From: a virus
Taxonomy: Duplodnaviria; Heunggongvirae; Uroviricota; Caudoviricetes
Virus record (IMG/VR): IMGVR_UViG_2660238591_000003
Direction: 5' to 3' (one strand)
Length of the DNA stretch: 42,047 bases
The notes under the pieces are model-generated. The model saw nothing but the letters and a program-made list of their open reading frames with translations. It searched no databases and had not been told where the DNA came from. The translations under genes and the position numbers were made by a program. Shown here piece after piece: positions 1 to 8,670 of this stretch. How positions within the stretch are numbered: position 1 is the stretch's first letter; each line of letters opens with the position of its first letter.

Positions 1-549
1 TCAGCTAGCTGGAAACTTTTTATACAGAGTTGAGAGCCCTACTCCATACGTTTTTGATACGCTTTGTCGTGATTCACCGGTTGCCATCCGCTCCCCCATT
101 TCCCGCCATTGCTCATCCGTGAACTTAGGCCTGCGACCACCAACTCGCCCTTTTGCCCTGGCTACGGCCAGCCCTGCTAAGGTACGTTCGCTATTAAGAT
201 CAGATTCATATTGTGCTGCGGAAAGGATGTTACGAAAGTTATAGCGGCCGCTGGCTGTTTTGAGATCCACGCCATCGGTAATACTGCGGAAGTTGATACC
301 CTTTTCCTGTAACTGCTGGAACATCAACAGCGCATGCAGAACGTTGCGGCCTATCCTGTCCAGCTTCCAGACCACCAGTTCATCCCCCGGCTGCATAGTG
401 GCGATCAGCCGTTTTAGAACCGGCCGATTCGATTTCCTCCCGCTGGCATGCTCTTCAAAAATTTTCTCACAACCCGCTGACTTGAGCGCCGTTAGTTGCA
501 ATTCAGTGTCCTGGTGGTTTGTTGATACTCGGGCATAACCGTAAATCAT
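1..549 (-). CDS. DNA invertase, small serine recombinase (Hin/Gin/Pin/Cin family)
   Basis: ATG at 547-549 (the track ORF 1..708 carries a non-ATG upstream extension). 182 aa beginning MIYGYARVSTNHQDTELQ with the catalytic-Ser motif, GRRPKF and a C-terminal HTH ending STLYKK. Lies beside inverted crossover sites. Confidence 0.9.
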   Translation of the reverse strand: MIYGYARVSTNHQDTELQLTALKSAGCEKIFEEHASGRKSNRPVLKRLIATMQPGDELVVWKLDRIGRNVLHALLMFQQLQEKGINFRSITDGVDLKTASGRYNFRNILSAAQYESDLNSERTLAGLAVARAKGRVGGRRPKFTDEQWREMGERMATGESRQSVSKTYGVGLSTLYKKFPAS

Positions 550-601
550 GGGATTTCTCCTGTTATGAAAACAGGAGAAACGGCGAAGCATCACCAGATT
601 T

Positions 602-1132
602 TTGATGGTTATAAAAAAGGTTGGTTTGGGAGAAGGCTCAGCATTACCCGTTGGCGTACCTGTTCCGTGGCCTTCAGCCACACCGCCGACAGGCTGGCTG
701 AAATGCAACGGTGCCGCTTTTTCTGCTGAAGAATACCCGGAACTGGCAAAGGCTTACCCGACAAATAAATTGCCTGATTTACGTGGTGAGTTTATTCGTG
801 GCTGGGATGACGGGCGTGGAGTGGATAGCGGTCGTACTTTATTAACGAATCAAGAGCATGCAGTAATTTCTCATAATCATGGAATACCTACAAAAGTGGG
901 GTCAGTTACTAATATCCCGTATGGAATAGAACAGGTTATATCTGATGAAACCATTTTTTCATCAGCAAAAACAGTTGGTGTGGATTACTGGTCTAACAGT
1001 GAAAGAGTTTTTACTTATACCTCTGGTGGAAGAAATGGTGCTGAATCAGTGAGTTCACCTGATGCCTCCTCTTTAATTAAAGAAACCAGACCACGGAACC
1101 TAGCATTTGCGTATATCGTGAGGGCTGCATAA
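602..1132 (+). CDS. alternative tail-fibre C-terminal variable segment (silent in this orientation; would fuse to the constant part after inversion)
   Basis: Track ORF. GLGE junction codons at 621-635. Sequence LPDLRGEFIRGWDDGRGVDSGR is a typical phage fibre C-terminal domain. No independent promoter or RBS context; lies immediately inside the crossover site. Confidence 0.7.
   Translation: MMVIKKVGLGEGSALPVGVPVPWPSATPPTGWLKCNGAAFSAEEYPELAKAYPTNKLPDLRGEFIRGWDDGRGVDSGRTLLTNQEHAVISHNHGIPTKVGSVTNIPYGIEQVISDETIFSSAKTVGVDYWSNSERVFTYTSGGRNGAESVSSPDASSLIKETRPRNLAFAYIVRAA
607..634. repeat. invertase crossover site (hix/gix-like), left copy
   Basis: Reverse complement TTCTCCCAAACCAACCTTTTTTATAACC resembles hixL TTCTTGAAAACCAAGGTTTTTGATAA. 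A 15-bp core at 621-635 is repeated inverted at 2592-2606. Confidence 0.7.
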
Positions 1133-1734
1133 TGGTGAAAGCAAAATTAAACAGTGCGTTTATTGCCACCGTGGCAGGTGAAATCACTGTGTACAACTAC
1201 CGGGGCGACACCCGCGAATACATATCCTCATCGGTTGAGTATCTGCCTGTGGGGGTGGGTATTCCTGCCAATTCCTGTACCGATGCGCCCGGCACACATA
1301 AAGCTGGTTATGCAATCTGCCGTTCTGCAGATTTTAACTCATGGGAATATGTGCCAGACCATCGCGGTGAAACGGTATATAGCACTGAAACAGGAGAATC
1401 AAAAGAAATCACAGCTCCGGGTGATTACTCTGAAAATACAACTACTATCGCCCCGTTAACGCCATTCGATAAATGGGATGGTGAGAAATGGGTGACCGAT
1501 ACTGAGGCACAGCATAGCGCCGCAGTAGACGTGGCAGAAGCACAGCGCCAGTCGCTGATTGATGCTGCTATGGCTTCCATCAGTCTGATTCAGCTGAAAT
1601 TGCAGGCCGGGCGGCAACTGACGCAAGCAGAAATCACTCGCCTTAACGCTGTGCTGGATTACATTGACACGGTGACGGCAACAGATACCAGCACCGCGCC
1701 GGATGTCATCTGGCCTGAACTGCCGGAGGCGTAG
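1132..1734 (+). CDS. tail fibre assembly protein (Tfa, alternative copy)
   Basis: 200 aa. ATG overlaps the stop of the preceding segment (ATAATG). C-terminus LDYIDTVTATDTSTAPDVIWPELP is the conserved Tfa motif. Confidence 0.8.
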   Translation: MVKAKLNSAFIATVAGEITVYNYRGDTREYISSSVEYLPVGVGIPANSCTDAPGTHKAGYAICRSADFNSWEYVPDHRGETVYSTETGESKEITAPGDYSENTTTIAPLTPFDKWDGEKWVTDTEAQHSAAVDVAEAQRQSLIDAAMASISLIQLKLQAGRQLTQAEITRLNAVLDYIDTVTATDTSTAPDVIWPELPEA

Positions 1735-2149
1735 GCCATTCAATATCTGGAGCACTGGAGGTATCAACCAGTTCCAGTGCGTCCAGATAATCCAGCCACA
1801 AATTATATTGCGCCAGTTCCTCACTTTTCAGACGACCAATCGCCGCTTTGCCAGGCCACTGATGAGTATTGATGTAGGTATTGACTTCAGAAACCAAAGA
1901 TATTTTTTTCATTTCAGCCGTCAACACCTCATCCTCTTTTGAAGGGGGTGGGGAATTAATCCATACTGGCCGTCCTGAACTGTCAGCGCCAATTTCTTTC
2001 CCTTCTGGATGCAGCCCAAGAAATTGCTCATATGTTTCTCTGGTAATTTCAATAACATCATCAGGAAGCGTTCCCGCATCCTCATATTCTGGAAACAATT
2101 CTTGCAGATAAAAACTTTTACTTCCGGGTGAAAAGAATACTGAGTTCAT
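1706..2149 (-). CDS. tail fibre assembly protein (Tfa, expressed copy)
   Basis: 147 aa. C-terminus LDYLDALELVDTSSAPDIEWPTPP is a Tfa motif. Convergent with the other Tfa and overlaps its 3' end. Confidence 0.8.
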   Translation of the reverse strand: MNSVFFSPGSKSFYLQELFPEYEDAGTLPDDVIEITRETYEQFLGLHPEGKEIGADSSGRPVWINSPPPSKEDEVLTAEMKKISLVSEVNTYINTHQWPGKAAIGRLKSEELAQYNLWLDYLDALELVDTSSAPDIEWPTPPAVQAR

Positions 2150-2151
2150 TC

Positions 2152-2874
2152 TTACCGTCCAATGATTAATGCTGAGACGCTGGTATCTGAAGGAAAGGCT
2201 GCATTCAGTGGTTTGTCGACTTTGAACACAATCGTATTATTCCCCCTGACAGCGGCAAAAGAACAAACCGCAGTCGCGTATGAACCTGTAATATTACTGG
2301 ATACACCACCATAAGCTGTTGTTGATACCAGAGGGATAACGCCCAGCACCTTATTAGGAAATACAAAGGGCAATGTGGCTGTGGCAATATAAGACTTATT
2401 AGAACCTGTAATGGCATAAGCATTATCAGTCATTCCATTCATCGCCACCGGGCCGCTTATACTTACAGTAACCATCTGAATGATTAGCCCGTCAGGTTGA
2501 CGAATCACAAAATTTCCATTGCCACCAGTAACCGTCCAGAAAGACATATCAGGGATTTGGTTTTCCCCGTTGCCCACATTCCGTTTTGCCGCTTCTCCCA
2601 AACCAAGGTTTGTGGTAATCGCTGTCGCCAGCTTTGCCACCAGTCCATCAACGTCACCATCATCGAGCGCGTCCAGTTCGGCGTTCGCGATAAACTGCCC
2701 CAGTACAGCCGCCATCGTCGACGGTTGGCGCAGCGCTTTACTGACCTGTGCGCTGGATGCTTTACCCGAGGAGAATCCTTTCTTCAGTGCGGTTAGCGTC
2801 TCCCATTCCTCCTGCGAGGTAACATTTGCATTAGCATCTGTCGCAAACGCTTTAAAATCATTAGTTCCAGCCAT
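2152..2874 (-). CDS. tail fibre protein (constant N-terminus 2607-2874 joined to variable C-terminus inside the invertible segment)
   Basis: ATG at 2872-2874 overlaps the TAA of the upstream gene (TAATG), with GGGGGAGA upstream. Contains the GLGE crossover codons. Gly/Thr/Asn-rich fibre-like sequence. Confidence 0.8.
   Translation of the reverse strand: MAGTNDFKAFATDANANVTSQEEWETLTALKKGFSSGKASSAQVSKALRQPSTMAAVLGQFIANAELDALDDGDVDGLVAKLATAITTNLGLGEAAKRNVGNGENQIPDMSFWTVTGGNGNFVIRQPDGLIIQMVTVSISGPVAMNGMTDNAYAITGSNKSYIATATLPFVFPNKVLGVIPLVSTTAYGGVSSNITGSYATAVCSFAAVRGNNTIVFKVDKPLNAAFPSDTSVSALIIGR
2591..2618. repeat. invertase crossover site (hix/gix-like), right copy
   Basis: TTCTCCCAAACCAAGGTTTGTGGTAA on the + strand, inverted relative to the left copy. 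Confidence 0.7.
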
Positions 2875-3554
2875 TAAAGTAATCTCCCCCATGCGCCGTC
2901 ATCAAAACCGGCGATGTATTCGTTATCCATGTCAAATCCAAAGAATTTTGTTCCTTCGGACGGTGTTTCAACCGAAGGCATTTCAACATCACCGGCCCAG
3001 ACGCCAGCGGCTTTAACGGTGAGATAGCCCTGTTTGATAGCGGCGATCAGTTCGAGAGACACATCAGAAATATCAGTCTCGGGAAATACCCAGACCGATA
3101 TCGTCATGTCCTGATTGTCGACGATCTGCATCTTCAGGCCCGAACCCACTGTGGCAGTGTCAAGAATGTCCGGAAGCGAGTCGTTACGCCCGTCCCAGTT
3201 GTTAATAGCGATTTTTGCTTTCAGAATAGTGCGATAGGTATCATCGCTAAGCGTCGTATAGCCGGAGTCAGGATCATATGGCCCCTGCCATACGCCCTGG
3301 TCATATCCGAGCCCCTCCGTGTCCCAACTGAAATAAACGCCACTAATGGGCTGGCTGACTATACGGCTACGTCCAATCCAGAGTCCGAGAATATCGAGTT
3401 GCACGCCAACAGCCGTATCAATGTCAAACGCACTCACCAGGCCCCTTGTGGCTGACGTGATATCAATCAGGGGACGGGTACTAAGATCGATGTGATCGAG
3501 GTATTTCGGCTTAGTGGCGTGGTAGTTAGTGATTAGATCCGTGTACCTACTCAT
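2874..3554 (-). CDS. tail/baseplate protein upstream of fibre (Mu gp48-like position)
   Basis: 226 aa track ORF. Translationally coupled to the baseplate J gene and the fibre gene. Function assigned by position only. Confidence 0.55.
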   Translation of the reverse strand: MSRYTDLITNYHATKPKYLDHIDLSTRPLIDITSATRGLVSAFDIDTAVGVQLDILGLWIGRSRIVSQPISGVYFSWDTEGLGYDQGVWQGPYDPDSGYTTLSDDTYRTILKAKIAINNWDGRNDSLPDILDTATVGSGLKMQIVDNQDMTISVWVFPETDISDVSLELIAAIKQGYLTVKAAGVWAGDVEMPSVETPSEGTKFFGFDMDNEYIAGFDDGAWGRLL

Positions 3555-4750
3555 GACGTCACCGTGATAACGATGTTTGCCGGTTTACATGAAGCTGATT
3601 CGTCGTAGGCTATGGTTATGTTTGCCGATGCTACGGATCCTGCTGATTTACCGATGAGTAATTCCTGGATGTCGTAATAACGCGCGCTACCGCCGCTGAC
3701 CACCCCGAGGTTGGCAGGTGAATAAATGCGGCTCAGCAGCACCGAATCACCGATCGTCAGGTCGTTGATGTAATCCGCAACGGCCTGCTGAATCTCCTTA
3801 CCTATTTGTGATGTGTAACCCGCGAAAGCTTTCAGCGTTATATGTCCATAAATAGGAACATCCGTTGACCGGGAGAAGCGAATCACATGGGGATTACCGT
3901 ATTTATCCGGCACCGTGACGGCTGTCGCACCATACGTTGACACCCCCTGCCCCTTATTGCCCCGGATGGCCTGGGCGATTTCAGTCAGATCGCCGCCATC
4001 CACGATGGCAGAGATAGAGTGTGGCGGCAGCCCATTACTGTCGGTCGTGCCGGTATCATTCTCGTAGAGCTTGTGACGTGTAACCCCTGCAACGTTCACT
4101 ATCGCGCCGTCCACCCCTTCAAACGGCGTGATGGAGGGTAGCGCGACACTCTGCCCCTGCCGGATGCGCAGCTCTGCGTCGGTTTCCGCCGGGGATCCGA
4201 CGGTGGCCGCCGCGGGGTTAGTTACCGAAGTCCAGCCGCGGGTCGGTGTGTTAATGGTCGTGACCGTTCCGGACAGCGCGGCCACTGCGCCGCTATTTGA
4301 GCAGGTGGCAGTGACCGTCGCCGTCCCGTCTAAACCAATTACCACGGAAGCCGGCATGCTCCAGACCAGGCCATTCTTATCCCTGACGGAGCCATTCGAA
4401 ATGGTCGTACCGGCCGCGCCGGTAAGCAGCAAATCAACCGTTGAGTTGGTAGCCGTTCTCCTTTTAATACCGTTTATTTTCACGTTCTTGCTCAGCCCTG
4501 CGCCATAAGCGGTGGCAGGCGAAAAGCTGTTGTAAACAGCAATGGCCGTGTTGTTAGCATCGTGAATAGCCAGGGCCACCAGCGCCACCATCTGCCCGTC
4601 TTTGCTGTCAGGATCCAGATAAGCATCGCTGCCATATATCTGCTTAAAGTAGTTGGTCAGGGTGTCCAGTATTGTCTGGTAATCAGGCGCGCTGATCCCC
4701 TCAGCGGTTACCGTTGCCGATAAGCCGAGCGTGTCCAAATTGAGGGCCAT
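3551..4750 (-). CDS. baseplate J-like protein (Mu gp47 / P2 gpJ family)
   Basis: 399 aa. Position between the gp46-like gene and the fibre genes. Composition typical of baseplate J family members. Confidence 0.75.
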   Translation of the reverse strand: MALNLDTLGLSATVTAEGISAPDYQTILDTLTNYFKQIYGSDAYLDPDSKDGQMVALVALAIHDANNTAIAVYNSFSPATAYGAGLSKNVKINGIKRRTATNSTVDLLLTGAAGTTISNGSVRDKNGLVWSMPASVVIGLDGTATVTATCSNSGAVAALSGTVTTINTPTRGWTSVTNPAAATVGSPAETDAELRIRQGQSVALPSITPFEGVDGAIVNVAGVTRHKLYENDTGTTDSNGLPPHSISAIVDGGDLTEIAQAIRGNKGQGVSTYGATAVTVPDKYGNPHVIRFSRSTDVPIYGHITLKAFAGYTSQIGKEIQQAVADYINDLTIGDSVLLSRIYSPANLGVVSGGSARYYDIQELLIGKSAGSVASANITIAYDESASCKPANIVITVTS

Positions 4751-5104
4751 TTATGCCTCGCTGGTAAGGGTGGTTTGTCCGTAGATAGTGTTTATGGTGG
4801 CTGTGAACGTTACCCGGCGTGTCGTGCTTTCATTCACGGTATCAAAGGCCAGTATGGACAGAACGCCAGGTGTGGTGCTGATGCGATCCCTGATCGCAAG
4901 GTTATAAACCTCAGGCCTTTGCTTTCCCAGAACCGACTGGATATAGGGTGTGCCCTCGGTTGTGTCCAGAAACCATTGCCCCTTCCACAGTTCAAAGCGC
5001 GTTTTAACGGCCTGGGCCACGCACTCGGGTGAGTTGACCAGAAAGGTGTCATCGCCCTGGCCGAAGGTGTAGTCCCCGTCGTCGTCTTCGCGTCGGTATC
5101 GCAT
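4751..5104 (-). CDS. baseplate protein (phage GP46-like)
   Basis: 117 aa. Stop/start abut neighbouring baseplate genes. Confidence 0.65.
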   Translation of the reverse strand: MRYRREDDDGDYTFGQGDDTFLVNSPECVAQAVKTRFELWKGQWFLDTTEGTPYIQSVLGKQRPEVYNLAIRDRISTTPGVLSILAFDTVNESTTRRVTFTATINTIYGQTTLTSEA

Positions 5105-5106
5105 AA

Positions 5107-5760
5107 TTACCCTCCCAGTGGTTTCGTATTGCTGCCGCCGACTTCCACGCCGCCATGCGTATGCTTATCAACCATGGAGCCATCCACCAGCTGCAGGCGG
5201 CCGTCAGGCAGAATTTTCAGACCGTTAAGGTTGAAGCCTCCCGGCGCGGTTCCCGTTATCGCTCCGGATGAAGGGTTAAGGCTCAGTTTTGTTCCACCGT
5301 CGTCACTGCGCAGTTCAACCGCACTGGTACTGATGCTGCTGATTTTCTGCGCCTGCGACTGCGGACCCACAATGGCAAACGCATCACTCAGGTCATGCTG
5401 GCGCGGGTCAACCGGTTCCTGCACCCCGCCGCTCTGCCACCAGAAGTCGATGCAGCGATCGGAGAAGACCAGGAGGCACTCGTCACCGGCCTTTACCGGG
5501 AAGGTTAACGTGCAGCCACCGCCGCGGGGGAACACCACTGGAACGTCTGGCAAAATCGGTATCTCCTCAGAAACCAGAGCGCCATCGTCGCTGAGCCGCT
5601 GACCGTAGATGGCTGGCTGCACGGTGCATGTCACTGTTTCAGGGTCAAAGGACTGGATGATCCCCGGCAAAGCCACGCGCAGGCTGCCGAAAATGGCGTG
5701 GCGGTGCGCCTCAAGAGTCTGCGATTCGTTGCCGTCCTGCGCGCGGGCTGATACTGGCAT
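5107..5760 (-). CDS. baseplate assembly/spike protein (gpV / Mu gp45-like)
   Basis: Start placed at MPVSARAQ (ATG 5758-5760) with GGAGAAAGCT upstream. The track ORF start at 5808 would run through a terminator hairpin. Confidence 0.7.
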   Translation of the reverse strand: MPVSARAQDGNESQTLEAHRHAIFGSLRVALPGIIQSFDPETVTCTVQPAIYGQRLSDDGALVSEEIPILPDVPVVFPRGGGCTLTFPVKAGDECLLVFSDRCIDFWWQSGGVQEPVDPRQHDLSDAFAIVGPQSQAQKISSISTSAVELRSDDGGTKLSLNPSSGAITGTAPGGFNLNGLKILPDGRLQLVDGSMVDKHTHGGVEVGGSNTKPLGG

Positions 5761-5772
5761 AGCTTTCTCCAG

Positions 5773-5800
5773 GTAATAAAAAACCCGCCGAGGCGGGTTA
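5773..5800 (-). terminator. intrinsic terminator (- strand)
   Basis: Stem AACCCGCC/GGCGGGTT (5782-5799) followed on the - strand by TTTTTATT. Confidence 0.6.
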
Positions 5801-5978
5801 CTGATCAAATGTCAGGATTTGAGGGTGAGTTAATGCGTGCTATTTATCTTCATTGCAGCTCTTAATATAGGTTTTGCTTAGAACCACGGTAACGTCGTGA
5901 TTTGTAGCAAGATACAGGCTGCTAAGGAAAAGCCGGTAGGCAATTTTTAGCTTCTCTCGATAGGGGCCTGAAACCTTT

Positions 5979-6329
5979 ATGCCAAAATCAGAAACAACCA
6001 TAAAATTTACTCCAGCTATTTGGAAAGAGTTACTTCCTGTAATCCAGGATAACATACCCGCTAATGACTATGTAGTAAGTAAAAGAGTCAGAACGGGTGA
6101 TTCTCCTGGCGCTATTGGCACAATTCTCGAAATATCTATTACCGTTATCACATCATCACCAGCTTGTATCGCCATTGCATCGATAGCGAGAAAATGGTTA
6201 CAGACCAGATCATCAAAAAAAATAACGGTAACCACTGAAAAAGGTACGATCGAAATACAAAATCTGACATCAAAGGAGCTTTCAGAAGTACTGGAGCAGT
6301 ACAAAATTATAAGTTTTAAAGACGAGTAA
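5979..6329 (+). CDS. hypothetical membrane protein, AT-rich moron (opposite strand to the late operon)
   Basis: 116 aa. Hydrophobic helix AIGTILEISITVITSSPACIAIASIA. Stop is followed by a terminator hairpin. AT-rich by eye. Confidence 0.55.
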   Translation: MPKSETTIKFTPAIWKELLPVIQDNIPANDYVVSKRVRTGDSPGAIGTILEISITVITSSPACIAIASIARKWLQTRSSKKITVTTEKGTIEIQNLTSKELSEVLEQYKIISFKDE

Positions 6330-6333
6330 CTGA

Positions 6334-6360
6334 GCGCCGGTAGTTCCGGCGCCTTTATTA
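6334..6360 (+). terminator. intrinsic terminator (+ strand)
   Basis: Stem GCGCCGG/CCGGCGC followed by CTTTATTAAATT. Confidence 0.6.
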
Positions 6361-6362
6361 AA

Positions 6363-6719
6363 TTACTTAGCCTTCACGCAGTCGTAAGTTCCAAACACTC
6401 GAGGTTCATTCATGTTCATTCTGATGGCCTCGGCATTGAGTATCCCTCTCCCATTGCGTTTTATATAATCAAGACCATAGCGCTGCCCAGAATTCTCATT
6501 CATGACAATCCATTGCATTTTAATATTGTCATAATCTCCCTCTTTTTTGAGGAATGTCACCTTCTGACTATCAGGCTTTGCTCCGTTTATCCTCGGATAT
6601 CCGTCGTTGCTTGATGAGGTTGAGAAAGTAAAGGGACCACACTTCATATAAGCGGTGTTTGCCGCTGTAGAAGAAAAACTGACGAATGCTAAAGAAACCA
6701 AAAAAAGTATTTTTTTCAT
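6363..6719 (-). CDS. hypothetical secreted protein, moron inside the baseplate operon
   Basis: 118 aa. N-terminal signal peptide MKKILFLVSLAFVSFSSTAA. ATG overlaps the stop of the upstream hub gene (ATGA). AT-rich. Confidence 0.65.
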   Translation of the reverse strand: MKKILFLVSLAFVSFSSTAANTAYMKCGPFTFSTSSSNDGYPRINGAKPDSQKVTFLKKEGDYDNIKMQWIVMNENSGQRYGLDYIKRNGRGILNAEAIRMNMNEPRVFGTYDCVKAK

Positions 6720-7786
6720 TGTGGAGCCGTTCGCTGTAGGGCCGTATTCGATTGTAAATCACGCGCCCCTCTGGCCATACACATGAGATCCATATACCAC
6801 GGATTCCCTCTCGTATCGCCGGTGTAGCTGATTGACTGAACTATGTAAACGCCATCAGTTGCCACACTGGCGGGCTGCGCAAGCGTCGCGCTGCCTGTAC
6901 TAAGATTACCATTATCATTTGCCTCAGTAATCCTTGCCTGTGATCTTTGGATCTCATCGTTCGGTAATTGCGAGCGATACACCGAGTCCTGGTTCAACTG
7001 AATAAGCCCGTTAACCCGAATGTTTGGATTAATGAGACAGCGCACATTAACGCCTGCCCCCATGGTTTGCTGAGGCATACCGACCAGGCCAGTTTTGGTG
7101 TTAAGCACGATCGCTTCATGGAGATATTTATTCTCAGGCACCATTTGCAGCTGGCCGTCGACAAATTGCCAGTTAGCCTCGCACTGCGCCGCTAGGTTGC
7201 TCATGTAGTCGCGCGTTGCGCCGAAGAAGACGCGACCGCGTGGCATCACCCTGTCAGGGAACTGCCCGGTGATGCCCTGGGTGATGCCGTAAGGCGAAAA
7301 GTCCTTCATCAGAAGTGTATGCACGTCGGCAAGCTTATATCCTGCCGCCAGGCTGCCGGACGATACGGCTTCGTTGAACGCCTTATGACCATCTACCGAC
7401 TGAATTAGCGTAAAAATATCGGTAGGATTATCGCGCCCGGTTATCGTAAAACGAATCTCCCCATCAAAAATGACTCCGTAATTTTGCCCGCGCGTCTGGC
7501 CGGTTTGCTCAGATGAAATCTCGGTAACCTGCCCAACCTCGCTTTCAGTAACCGTCGGCGCCAGGCCGTTATAACCGGCTATGATGGTAATGCGAGAAAA
7601 CTCATCCCCCGTAATCCGGGTGATTGTGTCACGCTTGAGGTTGTAAATTTTAAGCGTCGCCACACGTGGCCACATCGAGTTAAACCAGTCGATTGCGAAG
7701 GTAACTTTAAAGTCCGACAGGGATATGCCATTCCCCTTGTCGTTCAGAAGCCGCAGTTCAAAATGGCGATTCCAGTTAATAGTCAT
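6716..7786 (-). CDS. phage tail protein, baseplate hub-like
   Basis: 356 aa track ORF within the tail operon. Confidence 0.6.
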   Translation of the reverse strand: MTINWNRHFELRLLNDKGNGISLSDFKVTFAIDWFNSMWPRVATLKIYNLKRDTITRITGDEFSRITIIAGYNGLAPTVTESEVGQVTEISSEQTGQTRGQNYGVIFDGEIRFTITGRDNPTDIFTLIQSVDGHKAFNEAVSSGSLAAGYKLADVHTLLMKDFSPYGITQGITGQFPDRVMPRGRVFFGATRDYMSNLAAQCEANWQFVDGQLQMVPENKYLHEAIVLNTKTGLVGMPQQTMGAGVNVRCLINPNIRVNGLIQLNQDSVYRSQLPNDEIQRSQARITEANDNGNLSTGSATLAQPASVATDGVYIVQSISYTGDTRGNPWYMDLMCMARGARDLQSNTALQRTAPQ

Positions 7787-7789
7787 GGG

Positions 7790-8095
7790 CTATTCCTGAA
7801 CAAAATAAAGATGGCTCGAGGCACCAAGGTTTGTTTTCGTCGGGTATTCAGGGGCTCCGTTGTCTGTCATGACCACCAGTGCGCCAGATATCCCCAGATC
7901 CGGATACTGAGCCAAAAGGTTAACCCCCGGCACCAGGGGGACGCCCATTAACAGAGGCTGCGCGCCGCTATCCATAACGTCCATTATCCAGCCAGCATCG
8001 TCGCGCCATAGCACGCGGAGCGTGTAGCTTATGTCGCCCAGGGTGATGCGAAACTCCTGGTTATCAGGGATCATCGGAATCTCATTAACGCTCAT
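7790..8095 (-). CDS. phage tail protein (small)
   Basis: 101 aa; tight packing in the tail operon. Confidence 0.5.
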   Translation of the reverse strand: MSVNEIPMIPDNQEFRITLGDISYTLRVLWRDDAGWIMDVMDSGAQPLLMGVPLVPGVNLLAQYPDLGISGALVVMTDNGAPEYPTKTNLGASSHLYFVQE

Positions 8096-8670
8096 TATCC
8101 CCTCGCAAAATCGGCTATCTTTTGAATTACAGATGAGCTGCTGGTCGGCACCAGAGATTTCATCCCTGTATTCTGTACTGGCGCGGTGCTGACTCCCTCC
8201 TGCATGTTGGCCTTATCCGTAACAGTGATGCTCTGCGTATCCGACATGATCACTTCCCGCAGCGTCAGAACGCATGACAGCACATTTTCGCTGGTTCGGT
8301 CCGTCGTGGCCTCGATAGCGCGTATCAGCATATTGCTGTAGGTGCGCTTGCCGGTAACAACATCAAACGGCACCCGGGATTTCTGCAGATCCAGCAACTG
8401 CTGATAAATCTCCCTTGGGCTCTCGCCAACCCGCAAGCCTATGCTGGACAGATTTACCAGGTCGAGTACCGACCCGCCGCCGGCAAACCCGCACTCCATA
8501 GTGACCTCGCTGGCGCGCTTATAGGCGTGGTCGTTTATGGCGGCGCCAAACTCCACCGGATGTTCAGTGATTTCCAGGGCATCAACATGCTTCTCCGACA
8601 CCACCACGTCAGGTACAAAAATACCTATTTTCCGAGACTGCAGCCGGAAGATGACCGATAAAATATCCAT
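8095..8670 (-). CDS. phage tail protein
   Basis: 191 aa; start overlaps the tape-measure stop. Confidence 0.5.
   Translation of the reverse strand: MDILSVIFRLQSRKIGIFVPDVVVSEKHVDALEITEHPVEFGAAINDHAYKRASEVTMECGFAGGGSVLDLVNLSSIGLRVGESPREIYQQLLDLQKSRVPFDVVTGKRTYSNMLIRAIEATTDRTSENVLSCVLTLREVIMSDTQSITVTDKANMQEGVSTAPVQNTGMKSLVPTSSSSVIQKIADFARG

Larger units (their letters stand above)
621..2606. mobile_element. invertible tail-fibre host-range segment (Mu G / P1 C / e14 P type)
   Basis: Bounded by 15-bp inverted repeats (621-635 ttggtttgggagaag; 2592-2606 cttctcccaaaccaa) that encode GLGE in both fibre reading frames. Contains two convergent tail-fibre assembly genes and two alternative fibre C-terminal segments. 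Confidence 0.75.

Noticed and set aside
260-538. 92-aa + strand ORF
   Set aside because: Antisense to the invertase gene; no RBS; the invertase assignment is strong.
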